Below, one piece after another: positions 10,697-21,434 of a stretch of 64,000 bases of DNA. The stretch lies in assembly GCA_043760135.1 (NCBI GenBank), contig JAYUPL010000007.1:106-64105 (forward strand), given 5' to 3'. This DNA is from Candidatus Parcubacteria bacterium. Its GTDB lineage: Bacteria > Patescibacteriota > Minisyncoccia > Phycocordibacterales > CAIZLB01. The position numbers were made by a program, and so were the translations under genes. Position 1 is the stretch's first letter. Every line of letters starts with the position of its first letter. The notes below the pieces were generated by a model that was given only the letters and a program-made list of their open reading frames with translations, was not told the DNA's origin and searched no databases.

Positions 10697-13000
10697 ATGA
10701 AAAAATATTTTGATCAGTGGAATAATAAAAAGAAATATATAGATAAAACTCCTAAAGATTTGATATTTAATGAAGGAGAGATTTGGTGGTCACATTTCGG
10801 TATAAATGTAGGCGAAGAGGCTTATGGGAAAGGTGGGTATTTTAGGAGACCTGTAGTTGTCTTAAAAAAGATATCACAAAACTCTTGCATAGTTGTGCCG
10901 ACAACCACAAAAATAAAAGAAGGTGAAAATTACTTCAAATTCACAACAAATGATCTAGAAAGAAGAGCTATGCTCTATCAGATAAAGTTTATTTCTGCAA
11001 AAAGATTGTATGTGAGAGAATCTGAGATGGAAAAAGAAGATTTCCTGAAATTAAAAAAATCCCTAGCAAACTTGCTAGAAATCTCTTCATGGTCACCGAG
11101 CGGACAAAAAGGACAATGCTCGGATCAGTGGGTTTCCCCTGGTATGAATCTATTTTATCAAACTCAAAATAATTGTCAAATTTCCAAGTTTTCACGTTCT
11201 GGAATCTGTGCTAAACTTCCATTTATGCAAACATCATTAGAACATAAAAGACATTCCTTGGCGCATGTATTAGCTGGAGCCATATTAAAATTATATCCAG
11301 ATGCTTTGATGACGATTGGTCCTGCTGTTGAAAATGGTTTTTATTATGATATTGATTTTCCAAGCGGATCACCAAAAGAGGAAGACTTTGAGAAAATTCA
11401 AAATGAGATGAAAAATGTTTTAAAAGCCTGGTCAACTTCAGAGCAGAGTTTTGTTCAACAAAAAGTTTCTAAAGAAGAGGCAGAAACTATTTTCAAAAAT
11501 AATTCATACAAGTTGGAACTGATCCAAGGTGTTGTTGATCGAGGTGAAGAAATAACTTTGTATGTTTCTGGGAAAGGTACAGAGTACGAATTTACTGATC
11601 TTTGTCGTGGGGGACATGTTGAGAACACAAAAGAGATTGATGAAGGTTCTTTTGCACTAGATAAGATTGCTGGAGCGTACTGGAGAGGTGATGAGAAAAA
11701 TAAGATGCTTGTGCGAATCTATGGACTTGCATTCGAAACAAAAGAAGAGTTGGATTTATTTATTCATAATAGAGAAGAGGCGAAGAAGAGGGATCATAGA
11801 AAATTAGGAAAGGAATTGAAGCTGTTTACTATTTCAGATTTAGTTGGTTCTGGGCTTCCTTTGTTTCAACCAAAGGGTGCCGTCTTGAGAGTGGAGCTAG
11901 AAAAATACTTGTGGTCAATGCATAAAGATAAGGGTTATCAAAGAGTTTGGACGCCACATCTAGCTAAAGCACAACTGTATGAAATATCAGGTCATGGACA
12001 ACATTACCTTGATGATATGTTTGCAGTGCATGGAGGAACTTCAAAAGAAGATTTTTATTTGAAGCCAATGAATTGTCCTCATCACTACCAATTATTTTTG
12101 GATAATCAATTCTCATATAGGGATATGCCAATCAAATATTTTGAACCGGCAACAATCTATCGTGATGAAAAAACAGGACAATTAGCAGGTCTAACTCGTG
12201 TTCGTTCAATCACTCAAGATGATGGGCATTTATTTTGTCGTTCAACTCAAATCAAGGAAGAGGTAAATATTATTGTAGACATTATCAAGCAATTCTATAC
12301 AACTATGAATATGATTGATGGGTATTGGGTACGACTTTCAACTCGAGGTGATGATAAGGATGTGTATCTTGGGTCTGATGAAGTGTGGGAGACTGCTGAA
12401 AGTGCGTTGAAGGATATTTGTAACGAAAATAATTTACCATACAAAGAGGGTAAAAATGAGGCAGCTTTTTATGGTCCAAAACTGGACTTTATGTTTAAGG
12501 ATGCGATTGGAAGAGAATGGCAATTGGCAACAATCCAGCTTGATTTCAATGCACCAGAAAGATTCAATCTTTCTTTTGTAAATGAAAAAGGTGAAGATGA
12601 AAGACCTGTGGTTATTCACCGTGCCATCTCTGGATCAATAGAAAGATTCTTAGGTGTTGCTATTGAGCACTTTGCTGGAGCGTTTCCGCTATGGCTTTCA
12701 CCTGTTCAATTAAAAATTGTTCCAATCGGTGAAAGACAAATAGACTTTGCACATGATTTATTTAAGAAAATAATGAAGACTGATATAAGAGTTGAGATCG
12801 ATCAAAGTAGTGAAGGACTTGGTAAAAAAGTTCGTGCATCTAAAGTTGAGAAAATTCCATACCTAGTTGTGGTAGGAGATAAAGAAATGGAATCAAATAC
12901 ATTTTCTCTTGAAGGAAGAAATGATGAGAAGATTACAGGGTTAAGTTATGATGACATGGTTAAGTTTTTACAAGATAAAATAGACAGTAAGGCTCTATAA
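10697..13000 (+). CDS. thrS: threonyl-tRNA synthetase carrying an in-frame N-terminal MazF/PemK-like domain (no TGS domain)
   Basis: Residues ~180-767 match ThrRS (editing-domain 'HSLAHVLAGAI...IGPAVENGFYYDIDFP', 'DHRKLGKEL', 'KPMNCPHHYQLF', 'RVRSITQDDGHLFC'). Residues ~1-130 match PemK/MazF ('GEIWWSHFGINVGEEAYGKGGYFRRPVVVLK') and are a paralogue of ORF 45002-45400. No stop codon lies between the two parts. Confidence 0.8.
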   Translation: MKKYFDQWNNKKKYIDKTPKDLIFNEGEIWWSHFGINVGEEAYGKGGYFRRPVVVLKKISQNSCIVVPTTTKIKEGENYFKFTTNDLERRAMLYQIKFISAKRLYVRESEMEKEDFLKLKKSLANLLEISSWSPSGQKGQCSDQWVSPGMNLFYQTQNNCQISKFSRSGICAKLPFMQTSLEHKRHSLAHVLAGAILKLYPDALMTIGPAVENGFYYDIDFPSGSPKEEDFEKIQNEMKNVLKAWSTSEQSFVQQKVSKEEAETIFKNNSYKLELIQGVVDRGEEITLYVSGKGTEYEFTDLCRGGHVENTKEIDEGSFALDKIAGAYWRGDEKNKMLVRIYGLAFETKEELDLFIHNREEAKKRDHRKLGKELKLFTISDLVGSGLPLFQPKGAVLRVELEKYLWSMHKDKGYQRVWTPHLAKAQLYEISGHGQHYLDDMFAVHGGTSKEDFYLKPMNCPHHYQLFLDNQFSYRDMPIKYFEPATIYRDEKTGQLAGLTRVRSITQDDGHLFCRSTQIKEEVNIIVDIIKQFYTTMNMIDGYWVRLSTRGDDKDVYLGSDEVWETAESALKDICNENNLPYKEGKNEAAFYGPKLDFMFKDAIGREWQLATIQLDFNAPERFNLSFVNEKGEDERPVVIHRAISGSIERFLGVAIEHFAGAFPLWLSPVQLKIVPIGERQIDFAHDLFKKIMKTDIRVEIDQSSEGLGKKVRASKVEKIPYLVVVGDKEMESNTFSLEGRNDEKITGLSYDDMVKFLQDKIDSKAL

Positions 13001-13050
13001 AAAAAAGACAGCCCGCCGAGAGATCGACAGGTGTTTTGATTGTGTTGAGG

Positions 13051-13218
13051 TTAATCGATGCCTACAGCTAGTTGCAGCCTGTCGACTTCTATTTTGGCCT
13101 CTTCGAGGGAAATGTTTTCCGGATCGATTCCTTCGATCTCGAGCATGGTAAGTCCTGTTGAATTGATTCTCAATTTTTGAACATAGGACTCGAATTCTCC
13201 AATTTCGTTGTGATTCAT
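13051..13218 (-). CDS. possible small acidic protein (55 aa) in a higher-G+C intergenic stretch
   Basis: Hand translation of the minus strand gives 'MNHNEIGEFESYVQKLRINSTGLTMLEIEGIDPENISLEEAKIEVDRLQLAVGID'; absent from the ORF track (<60 aa). Confidence 0.2.
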   Translation of the reverse strand: MNHNEIGEFESYVQKLRINSTGLTMLEIEGIDPENISLEEAKIEVDRLQLAVGID

Positions 13219-13305
13219 GATGGCGGTATTGATTAGTGGTATTACAGTACAGCATCAAAATACCATCATCATAAACAAAATACAATATGATATAATATCC
13301 TAACC

Positions 13306-13980
13306 ATGAAAACTTATACCATAGTCGGCAAGGATTCAAATCCTGTAGATAAAATCTTCCGAGAAAAAGGATATATTAGAAATGATGAAAATCCTGATTT
13401 TGTCATATCGTATGGAGGGGACGGTACGCTCTTAAAAAGTGAGCATCTCTATCCTGGTATTCCAAAATTATTTTTACGAAATAGTTTGATCGGTAATCTT
13501 GGATTTAAAGAAACCAATGAAGAAGTTCTGGAAAAGTTTTTTGCAGATGAACTTACAATAAAAAAATATTTCAAAATCGAAGCACAAATCAAAAATAAAA
13601 AAATAGTAGCAGTAAACGAATTTTCTCTGAAAAACACAAATCCAAGAAATAGTATACGATTTGATGTATGTGTAAATGATGAAAAGATCCTACATCGCAT
13701 TGTGGGGGATGGTTTGATTGCTGCAACTCCTATTGGATCAACTGGATATTATCGATCCATTACTCGCTCTACATTTGAGCTGGGGATCGGTATAGCATTT
13801 AATAATACAACTGAGCACTATAACCACATGGTTTTGAAAGAAGACTCTGTTATTAAGGTTGTGATATTGCGAGGTCCAGCTTTTTGTTATGTTGATAATC
13901 ATGATGAGGAAACTGTTCTTGAAGTAGATGATGAAATAGTGATACGAAAATCAGATCAGTTTTTGCAGATGTTTGCATAA
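13306..13980 (+). CDS. nadK: NAD(+) kinase
   Basis: 'YGGDGTLL' GGDG motif, 'DGLIAATPIGSTGY'. Confidence 0.8.
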   Translation: MKTYTIVGKDSNPVDKIFREKGYIRNDENPDFVISYGGDGTLLKSEHLYPGIPKLFLRNSLIGNLGFKETNEEVLEKFFADELTIKKYFKIEAQIKNKKIVAVNEFSLKNTNPRNSIRFDVCVNDEKILHRIVGDGLIAATPIGSTGYYRSITRSTFELGIGIAFNNTTEHYNHMVLKEDSVIKVVILRGPAFCYVDNHDEETVLEVDDEIVIRKSDQFLQMFA

Positions 13981-14024
13981 ATAAGTCAATAAACTCCAGT
14001 TGACAACTATGTTATACTACAAAT

Positions 14025-16715
14025 ATGCCCCCATTGAACAACTTTACAACACGTGCCAAAGAGGCTATACGTCGTGCACATGAACTTGCTATAGAACGTG
14101 GACAAACCAACGTTTCGCCTATGCATTTATTGGTTTCTTTGCTGACTCAGGAAGATTCTGTGGTTATTTCTATGCTTGAAAAACTCGATGTAGACTATAT
14201 ATTGATGACTGACAATGCCTTTGAAGCAATAGATAGTGATTCTTCTATCTCAAATACTCTTTCACCTGCCTATCAATTATTCTTAACTCCTGAGCTCATC
14301 ATTCTTATGGAAAATTCTGGAAAAGTAGCTGTTGAGGTAAAAGATAATTTTGTTTCAGTAGAGCACTTATTTATTGCATTTTTTGATACATTAAACCCAG
14401 CCAGAGAATTGATAGAAAAATTTAAAATTGATAAAGAAAAATGTGTATCAACTTTGGAATTTTTAAGATCTCAAAAAGATGTGAAAGGTGCCGAAGGTAC
14501 AAGTGAAGCTAAAAAATCAAAAGCACTTGCTAAATTTACAAGAAACTTAACTGCCCTTGCTCGCGATAATAAACTTGATCCAGTGATTGGTCGTGATTCT
14601 GAGATTGCGCGTGTTATTCAAATTCTCTCAAGAAGAACAAAAAATAATCCAATTCTACTTGGTGAAGCGGGAGTTGGTAAGACTGCAATTGTTGAAGGGT
14701 TGGCAAATCGCATTGCACTTGGTGATGTTCCGGAATCTTTGAAAAACAAAGAACTGCTTTCGCTTGATATGGGATCACTTGTTGCGGGCACAAAGTATCG
14801 TGGAGAGTTTGAGGACAGATTAAAAAATATTTTAAAAGAAATAGATAAGTCAGATGGAAAAGTTATTCTATTTATGGATGAGACTCACACTATTGTAGGG
14901 GCTGGAGGTGCTGAGGGGTCACTTGATGCTTCAAATATGTTGAAACCTGCGTTGGCTCGCGGTGAGTTGAAAGCAATTGGTGCGACGACTTTAAGAGAAT
15001 ATCAGAAACATATTGAAAAAGACCCTGCACTGCAAAGACGTTTTCAACCTGTATATGTTGAAGAGCCGTCCATTGAAGATGCTACTGCTATATTAAGAGG
15101 GTTAAAAGAAAAATATGAATTATTCCACGGTGTTCGCATCCTTGATGAAGCAATTGTTGCTGCGGTAACACTATCATCTCGCTACATTTCAGATAGACAA
15201 TTGCCAGATAAGGCTGTTGATCTTATTGATGAGGCTGCATCAACTTTGAAGATTTCTCTTGAAAATAAACCTCAAGTAATAGAAGAGGCTCACAGAAAGA
15301 TCTTGCGTCTTGAGATAGAAAAACAAGCACTCTCAAAAGATCCTGCTAATAAAGATATAAAAGACCGTATTAAAAATATTGAAAACAGTATAAAAGAAAT
15401 AAAAGATTCTATATCTGATGTTGAAGGTAAGTGGAATGTTGAAAAAGAGTTGATCACAGCAATCAAAGATTTAAAGAAAAATATTGAGTCACTTACTCAA
15501 GAATCAATCAAGGCTGAGGCTAAAGCTGACCTGGTGAAAGCGGCAGAGATTCGTTATGGAAAATTACCAATCATGGAAGCGGACTTGGAAAATAAAATCA
15601 AAAAACTTCGCAAGCTTGATACAACAAAAAGAATCCTAAAAGAGGAGATCAATGAGGCTGATATTGCCGCTGTTGTTTCTTCGTGGACCGGTATACCAGT
15701 ATCTCGCATGCTTGAAGAGGAGATGAAAAAACTTTCTCGTCTGGAAGAAGTGTTGAAGTCACAAGTGATAGGACAAGATGAAGCAGTTAAGAAAATATCA
15801 GATACGATCAAAAGATCTCGCGCCGGTATCCATGATCCATCACGTCCACTTGGTTCATTTATATTCCTGGGTCCAACTGGTGTAGGTAAAACTGAGCTTA
15901 CAAAGTCGTTGGCTAAGTTTATGTTCAATGATGACAAAGCCTTGATTCGTGTTGACATGTCAGAGTTTGCTGAGCGTCACACTGTTTCAAAATTGATCGG
16001 TGCACCACCAGGATATGTTGGGCACGAGGATTCAGGAACACTGATCGATAAAGTTAAACATCGTCCGTATTCAGTTATATTATTTGATGAGATTGAAAAA
16101 GCTCACCCTGAGATATTTAACATCTTGTTGCAAGTGTTGGATAACGGTCATTTAACAGATTCAAAAGGTAAGACCGTAAACTTTAAGAATACTATTATTA
16201 TCATGACATCAAATATTGGTGCTCAATATATAGATAGAATGCAAGGTATTGGATTTGCTTCATCAAATGATGATCAGGATATTTATGCAGGTATAAAAGA
16301 AAAAGTTATGTCATCATTGAAAGATTATTTTAAACCAGAGTTTTTGAATCGTCTTGATGAGATTATATTGTTCGATGTGTTGTCACATGAATCTATTAGA
16401 AAAATTGTTGATATTGAAGTTAATAAGGTCCAAGCAAGATTGCTTGAAAAAGATATTCATCTTATGTTTAGGGATGGAGTGTATGAATTATTAGCAAAGG
16501 AAGGATATAGTCCACAATACGGTGCTCGACCTTTGAGACGCCTTATTCAGTCTAAGGTTTTGACACCTTTGGCATCGATGATGATTGATAAAGGCTTGGT
16601 TGGAAATAGACAAGTTGTGATTGATGTTGATAAGAAAGGTGAATTGAGTTTTGAGGACAAACCTTTACAAGTTGCTGGGATGAAGATGAAGAGGACTAAA
16701 GTTGAGAAAAAGTAG
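14025..16715 (+). CDS. clpB: AAA+ chaperone ClpB (two ATPase domains, long middle coiled coil)
   Basis: Clp N-domain; '[18 protein letters not shown]' and '[15 protein letters not shown]'; ~120-aa coiled-coil M-domain. Confidence 0.9.
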   Translation: MPPLNNFTTRAKEAIRRAHELAIERGQTNVSPMHLLVSLLTQEDSVVISMLEKLDVDYILMTDNAFEAIDSDSSISNTLSPAYQLFLTPELIILMENSGKVAVEVKDNFVSVEHLFIAFFDTLNPARELIEKFKIDKEKCVSTLEFLRSQKDVKGAEGTSEAKKSKALAKFTRNLTALARDNKLDPVIGRDSEIARVIQILSRRTKNNPILLGEAGVGKTAIVEGLANRIALGDVPESLKNKELLSLDMGSLVAGTKYRGEFEDRLKNILKEIDKSDGKVILFMDETHTIVGAGGAEGSLDASNMLKPALARGELKAIGATTLREYQKHIEKDPALQRRFQPVYVEEPSIEDATAILRGLKEKYELFHGVRILDEAIVAAVTLSSRYISDRQLPDKAVDLIDEAASTLKISLENKPQVIEEAHRKILRLEIEKQALSKDPANKDIKDRIKNIENSIKEIKDSISDVEGKWNVEKELITAIKDLKKNIESLTQESIKAEAKADLVKAAEIRYGKLPIMEADLENKIKKLRKLDTTKRILKEEINEADIAAVVSSWTGIPVSRMLEEEMKKLSRLEEVLKSQVIGQDEAVKKISDTIKRSRAGIHDPSRPLGSFIFLGPTGVGKTELTKSLAKFMFNDDKALIRVDMSEFAERHTVSKLIGAPPGYVGHEDSGTLIDKVKHRPYSVILFDEIEKAHPEIFNILLQVLDNGHLTDSKGKTVNFKNTIIIMTSNIGAQYIDRMQGIGFASSNDDQDIYAGIKEKVMSSLKDYFKPEFLNRLDEIILFDVLSHESIRKIVDIEVNKVQARLLEKDIHLMFRDGVYELLAKEGYSPQYGARPLRRLIQSKVLTPLASMMIDKGLVGNRQVVIDVDKKGELSFEDKPLQVAGMKMKRTKVEKK

Positions 16716-16761
16716 ATTATAGTGTATATTCATATATATTGTCGTAAGACGATATATATGA

Positions 16762-16847
16762 GCGCAGATGGCGGAGTGGTCAATCGCATCTGACTGTAAA
16801 TCAGACGCCTTCGGGCTACGTAGGTTCAAATCCTACTCTGCGCACCA
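16762..16847 (+). tRNA. tRNA-Tyr (anticodon GTA), long variable arm, CCA encoded
   Basis: Acceptor GCGCAGA/TCTGCGC, anticodon loop CTGTAAA, T-arm GTAGGTTCAAATCCTAC. Confidence 0.8.
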
Positions 16848-16873
16848 AATTAATAAATAAATTTGAAAATAAT

Positions 16874-17038
16874 ATGCCACAAAAGAAAATAGTTAAACTA
16901 AGACACAAAAAATCAGGACACGTTATCATAATGAGAAAATCTGGAAAACCAGGTTCTTCTACTATGCCAAAACTTAAACTGAAAAAGTATAATAAAGTTA
17001 CAAGAAAGAGAGAAGTTTTCGAGGAAGCGAAGAGATAA
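16874..17038 (+). CDS. rpmG: 50S ribosomal protein L33
   Basis: Hand translation gives 'MPQKKIVKLRHKKSGHVIIMRKSGKPGSSTMPKLKLKKYNKVTRKREVFEEAKR' (54 aa, below the ORF-track cutoff); matches the L33 C-terminal pattern. Confidence 0.75.
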   Translation: MPQKKIVKLRHKKSGHVIIMRKSGKPGSSTMPKLKLKKYNKVTRKREVFEEAKR

Positions 17039-17117
17039 TCTCTTATTGCTATTAATTAAATTGGGTCCCGAAAGGGTCTTTTTTAATTTGCATAATCCAT
17101 GCTAGTATATGTCTCAA

Positions 17118-17189
17118 GGGTCCATAGTTTCAATGGTAAAACATCGCACTCCAAACGCGAGGTTCTAGGTTCGAGTCCTAGTGGGCCCG
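17118..17189 (+). tRNA. tRNA-Trp (anticodon CCA)
   Basis: Acceptor GGGTCCA/TGGGCCC, anticodon loop CTCCAAA, T-arm CTAGGTTCGAGTCCTAG. Confidence 0.8.
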
Positions 17190-17237
17190 CAAATGTTACA
17201 ATACTCTCGAGTTAAAAAATGCGGAGCATTTTTAGGA

Positions 17238-17318
17238 CTCGAAAAGCTTTGCTATATTTTTGAGAACTCGGAGAGTTTGAAAAAATAGCAAAGGTGTACT
17301 GAACCTGTAAGGTTCGAC
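17238..17318 (+). promoter_or_regulatory. conserved ~80-nt structured non-coding element, copy 1 (second copy at 63381-63457)
   Basis: Shares 'TCGAAAAGCTTTGC...TATTTT...GAAAAAAT.G.AAAGGTGTACTGA' with copy 2; two hairpins keep pairing through compensatory changes (AACTC-gga-GAGTT vs AGAAC-tgt-GTTCT; ACCT-gta-AGGT vs CCTC-gta-GAGG). Confidence 0.4.
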
Positions 17319-17359
17319 TCTAAACACAACACTCTATTTCTATGGTATAATACATATCT

Positions 17360-18301
17360 ATGACAATACTCATCCTTATCATCATCTTCCTCCTCGGAAC
17401 AATCATCGGAAGTTTCCTTAACGTAGTAATATTTCGCCTCAACACAAATCTGAGTATTAGCCGTGGCCGCTCAAAGTGCTTTTCATGCGGTAGGGAACTG
17501 GAACCTAAAGATTTGATCCCTGTATTTTCATTTTTAATGTTCAAAGGACGATGTCGAACTTGTAAGTCTAAAATTTCTTGGCAATATCCACTTGTAGAAT
17601 TGGCAACTGGTATTATGTTTGTTCTCGTTACATATTCTTATTTTTTCAGTAATACAATTTTCATTGGAAACAATATTTTTAATAAAGGATTGGTGTTACA
17701 GGCATTCACACAGATGGCATATATAAAATATGTTTTCTATATAATGGATTTAGCTGTTGTATCACTTCTTATGTGTATCTTTGTGTATGATTTCAGACAC
17801 AAAATTATCCCTGATAAACTAGTATATTCTGGTGCGGTTTTGATGTTTACAAAAGCCCTTATCTCGATATTTATTTTTAAGGCGAGTGCGATGACTGTTG
17901 TGTGGGTGTTGTTAGCTGGACCAATAGTTGCTATACCTTTTGCATTGTTTTGGGTGGTGTCAGGTGGAAGATGGATGGGGTTGGGAGATGCAAAGCTTGC
18001 TCTTATTGTGGGTTGGGGATTAGGTTTGGGGTATGGATATACTGCGCTCATGTATTCATTTTGGATAGGAGCTATTGTTATTATTGGTCTTATGCTAACC
18101 AGAGAGATGCTCGATGCATTTTCAACTCATAATAATGCACTTGGTTTTAAAATAAAATTTTTACATAATAAAAAGCTAGAATATTTTAGAAACAAGCTAC
18201 CATCTTACAAATTAAGGTCAGAAATACCATTCGGACCCTTTATGATTGTGGCTTTTTATATGATCTATTTCCTAGGCAGGAATCTTCTGTGGTGGATATA
18301 A
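17360..18301 (+). CDS. pilD: prepilin peptidase (A24 family, PilD-like)
   Basis: N-terminal Cys tetrad 'CFSCG...CRTC', TM-rich, 'GLGDAKLALIVGWGLG' motif; TATAAT 9 nt upstream of ATG. Confidence 0.8.
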   Translation: MTILILIIIFLLGTIIGSFLNVVIFRLNTNLSISRGRSKCFSCGRELEPKDLIPVFSFLMFKGRCRTCKSKISWQYPLVELATGIMFVLVTYSYFFSNTIFIGNNIFNKGLVLQAFTQMAYIKYVFYIMDLAVVSLLMCIFVYDFRHKIIPDKLVYSGAVLMFTKALISIFIFKASAMTVVWVLLAGPIVAIPFALFWVVSGGRWMGLGDAKLALIVGWGLGLGYGYTALMYSFWIGAIVIIGLMLTREMLDAFSTHNNALGFKIKFLHNKKLEYFRNKLPSYKLRSEIPFGPFMIVAFYMIYFLGRNLLWWI

Positions 18302-18635
18302 AGCCTTTGGTTTTCACGTTGGTTTATAAGGGGTTTTTTGACTTTTCCTAAATTTGCTTGTCCTTTATGAACATATTTGAATAATCCCCATATAATCGCT
18401 TGACTTTGTTTATGTTTCGTATATAATAGACACCCATACGGAATAGAAATATAACTCTCGAATCCTTGATGGATTCAAGAAAAATTTCTAAAGAAATATA
18501 CTTTGAAAATAGAATAAAGATATACATACATCACAATAGATATGTAAGAACATTGTATTGATTTTGTACAATGAGCAAGAATTAATTTTAAAATTAATCA
18601 AATCCTTTCTTTTGTTCTGTTTGAGTTTTTTATTT

Positions 18636-20160
<1,525 letters not shown>

Positions 20161-20532
20161 TATGTCACCTGATTTATCAGGTTGCATCAGATTTATAACG
20201 GTCGTTACTGATCTTTTAAGCAATTAAAATTTCAACAGTTCTTATATGCTGTCGTTCATATAAGCGAAGAAGTTCGTAAAACTTTGACATATCGGAAAGA
20301 CGGTGACTCAAACAGAACAAAAGAATTTGTTTGATTAGGTTTAGGTTAATTCAAGCGTTTCTATATTGTGATTTTGTAAAAATTATGTAATACTCAGTAC
20401 ATGATATTTTTTCCGTATGGACGGAATGGAATATTGTTTCGCTTAACTTCGCTTATGAGTTGAGCGAACGAGTCGACCCTGCCGGGAAGCTTTGCTTCCG
20501 AGGACTTCTCGACGAGAGAACAAAACAAATAA

Positions 20533-20608
20533 GCGCGCGTAGCTCAGTTGGTAGAGCGCTCGACTGATACTCGAAAGGTCCTTGGTTCAACTCCAAGCGC
20601 GCGCACCA
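20533..20608 (+). tRNA. tRNA-Ile (anticodon GAT) in the 16S-downstream spacer
   Basis: Acceptor GCGCGCG/CGCGCGC, D-arm TAGCTCAGTTGGTAGAGC, anticodon loop CTGATAC, CCA encoded. Confidence 0.8.
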
Positions 20609-20776
20609 CAAGGGTAATTCTATAATTCTAAAGAATTATATGTCGCACAAAAGGCACTTCTATTTTGATAAATCAAAATATGTCGCGCACCAGTAAAAAT
20701 AAAAATAAATCTCCGAAAGGGGATTTATTTTTTTATTTGACATCAAAACCCTACCTCTGATATACTTCAATCATCG

Positions 20777-20872
20777 GAAGCAACTCCTTATACAGGCAAG
20801 TCTGTATCGGGAATTTCCTTAGAATTGGAAGCAACCCCTTGTATAGTTTCGTCTGTATCGGGGATTTCCCTT
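20777..20872. repeat. two tandem ~48-bp imperfect direct repeats
   Basis: 'GGAAGCAACTCCTTATACAGGCAAGTCTGTATCGGGAATTTCC' and 'GGAAGCAACCCCTTGTATAGTTTCGTCTGTATCGGGGATTTCC'; would encode an 'EIPDTD' repeat on the minus strand. Confidence 0.45.
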
Positions 20873-21346
20873 GTATTAAGAAGGTCTATGATGTCAGACA
20901 TGTATATTATTTCTAAATACAGCCGATCTTTAAACATCATCGATGTATTCTTAGGATGAACACTAAAGCATCTCAATATTTCTAGTTTAGATTTTGCATA
21001 ATCGAGTAATGATGTAAAATCACCATCACCTGAAGTGAGGTACGATAGCCTGAACTTTATTTTTTTCTATATCAAGGGTAATTTTGTGAGCTATCTCAAC
21101 GTCACAATTGGCCTTTATTTTATTCTTTTCTCTATAGCTTTGTTTAAAAACAATTTCTACATCATTTTCATACAAACCTACATATAATTGCTCATGTTCT
21201 TCAAACCGAGCGGTGAAATATATTATTTTATCAGCTCTGTATTTATTTTTAAGATAAATAATTAATTCGACCATATCAAAATTCAGTCCTTGATCTCGAG
21301 CACTCAGTATAATATTGGCAGCGTCTATGTATATATTTGTTTTCAT
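20788..21346 (-). pseudogene. NYN-domain (LabA/PIN-like) protein gene interrupted by a frameshift
   Basis: ORF 21026-21346 has N-terminal 'IYIDAANI'; the hallmark 'SGDGDFTSLLDYAK' motif continues in another frame just past its stop and joins ORF 20788-20976. Confidence 0.45.
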
Positions 21347-21434
21347 AATCAGGTAATTTTAACGTAGAGGGGTTAAAGTAAATTAAAAGAAATGATAAAG
21401 AAATTCTAAACTTTTTCATGATATAATATTTCAC

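Noticed and set aside
15554-15958. 134-aa minus-strand ORF
   Set aside because: Antisense within clpB; spurious.
20609-21025. 23S rRNA expected downstream of 16S-tRNA-Ile
   Set aside because: Sequence after tRNA-Ile is AT-rich non-coding DNA followed by protein-coding sequence with no 23S-like conserved blocks; concluded 23S is not here.
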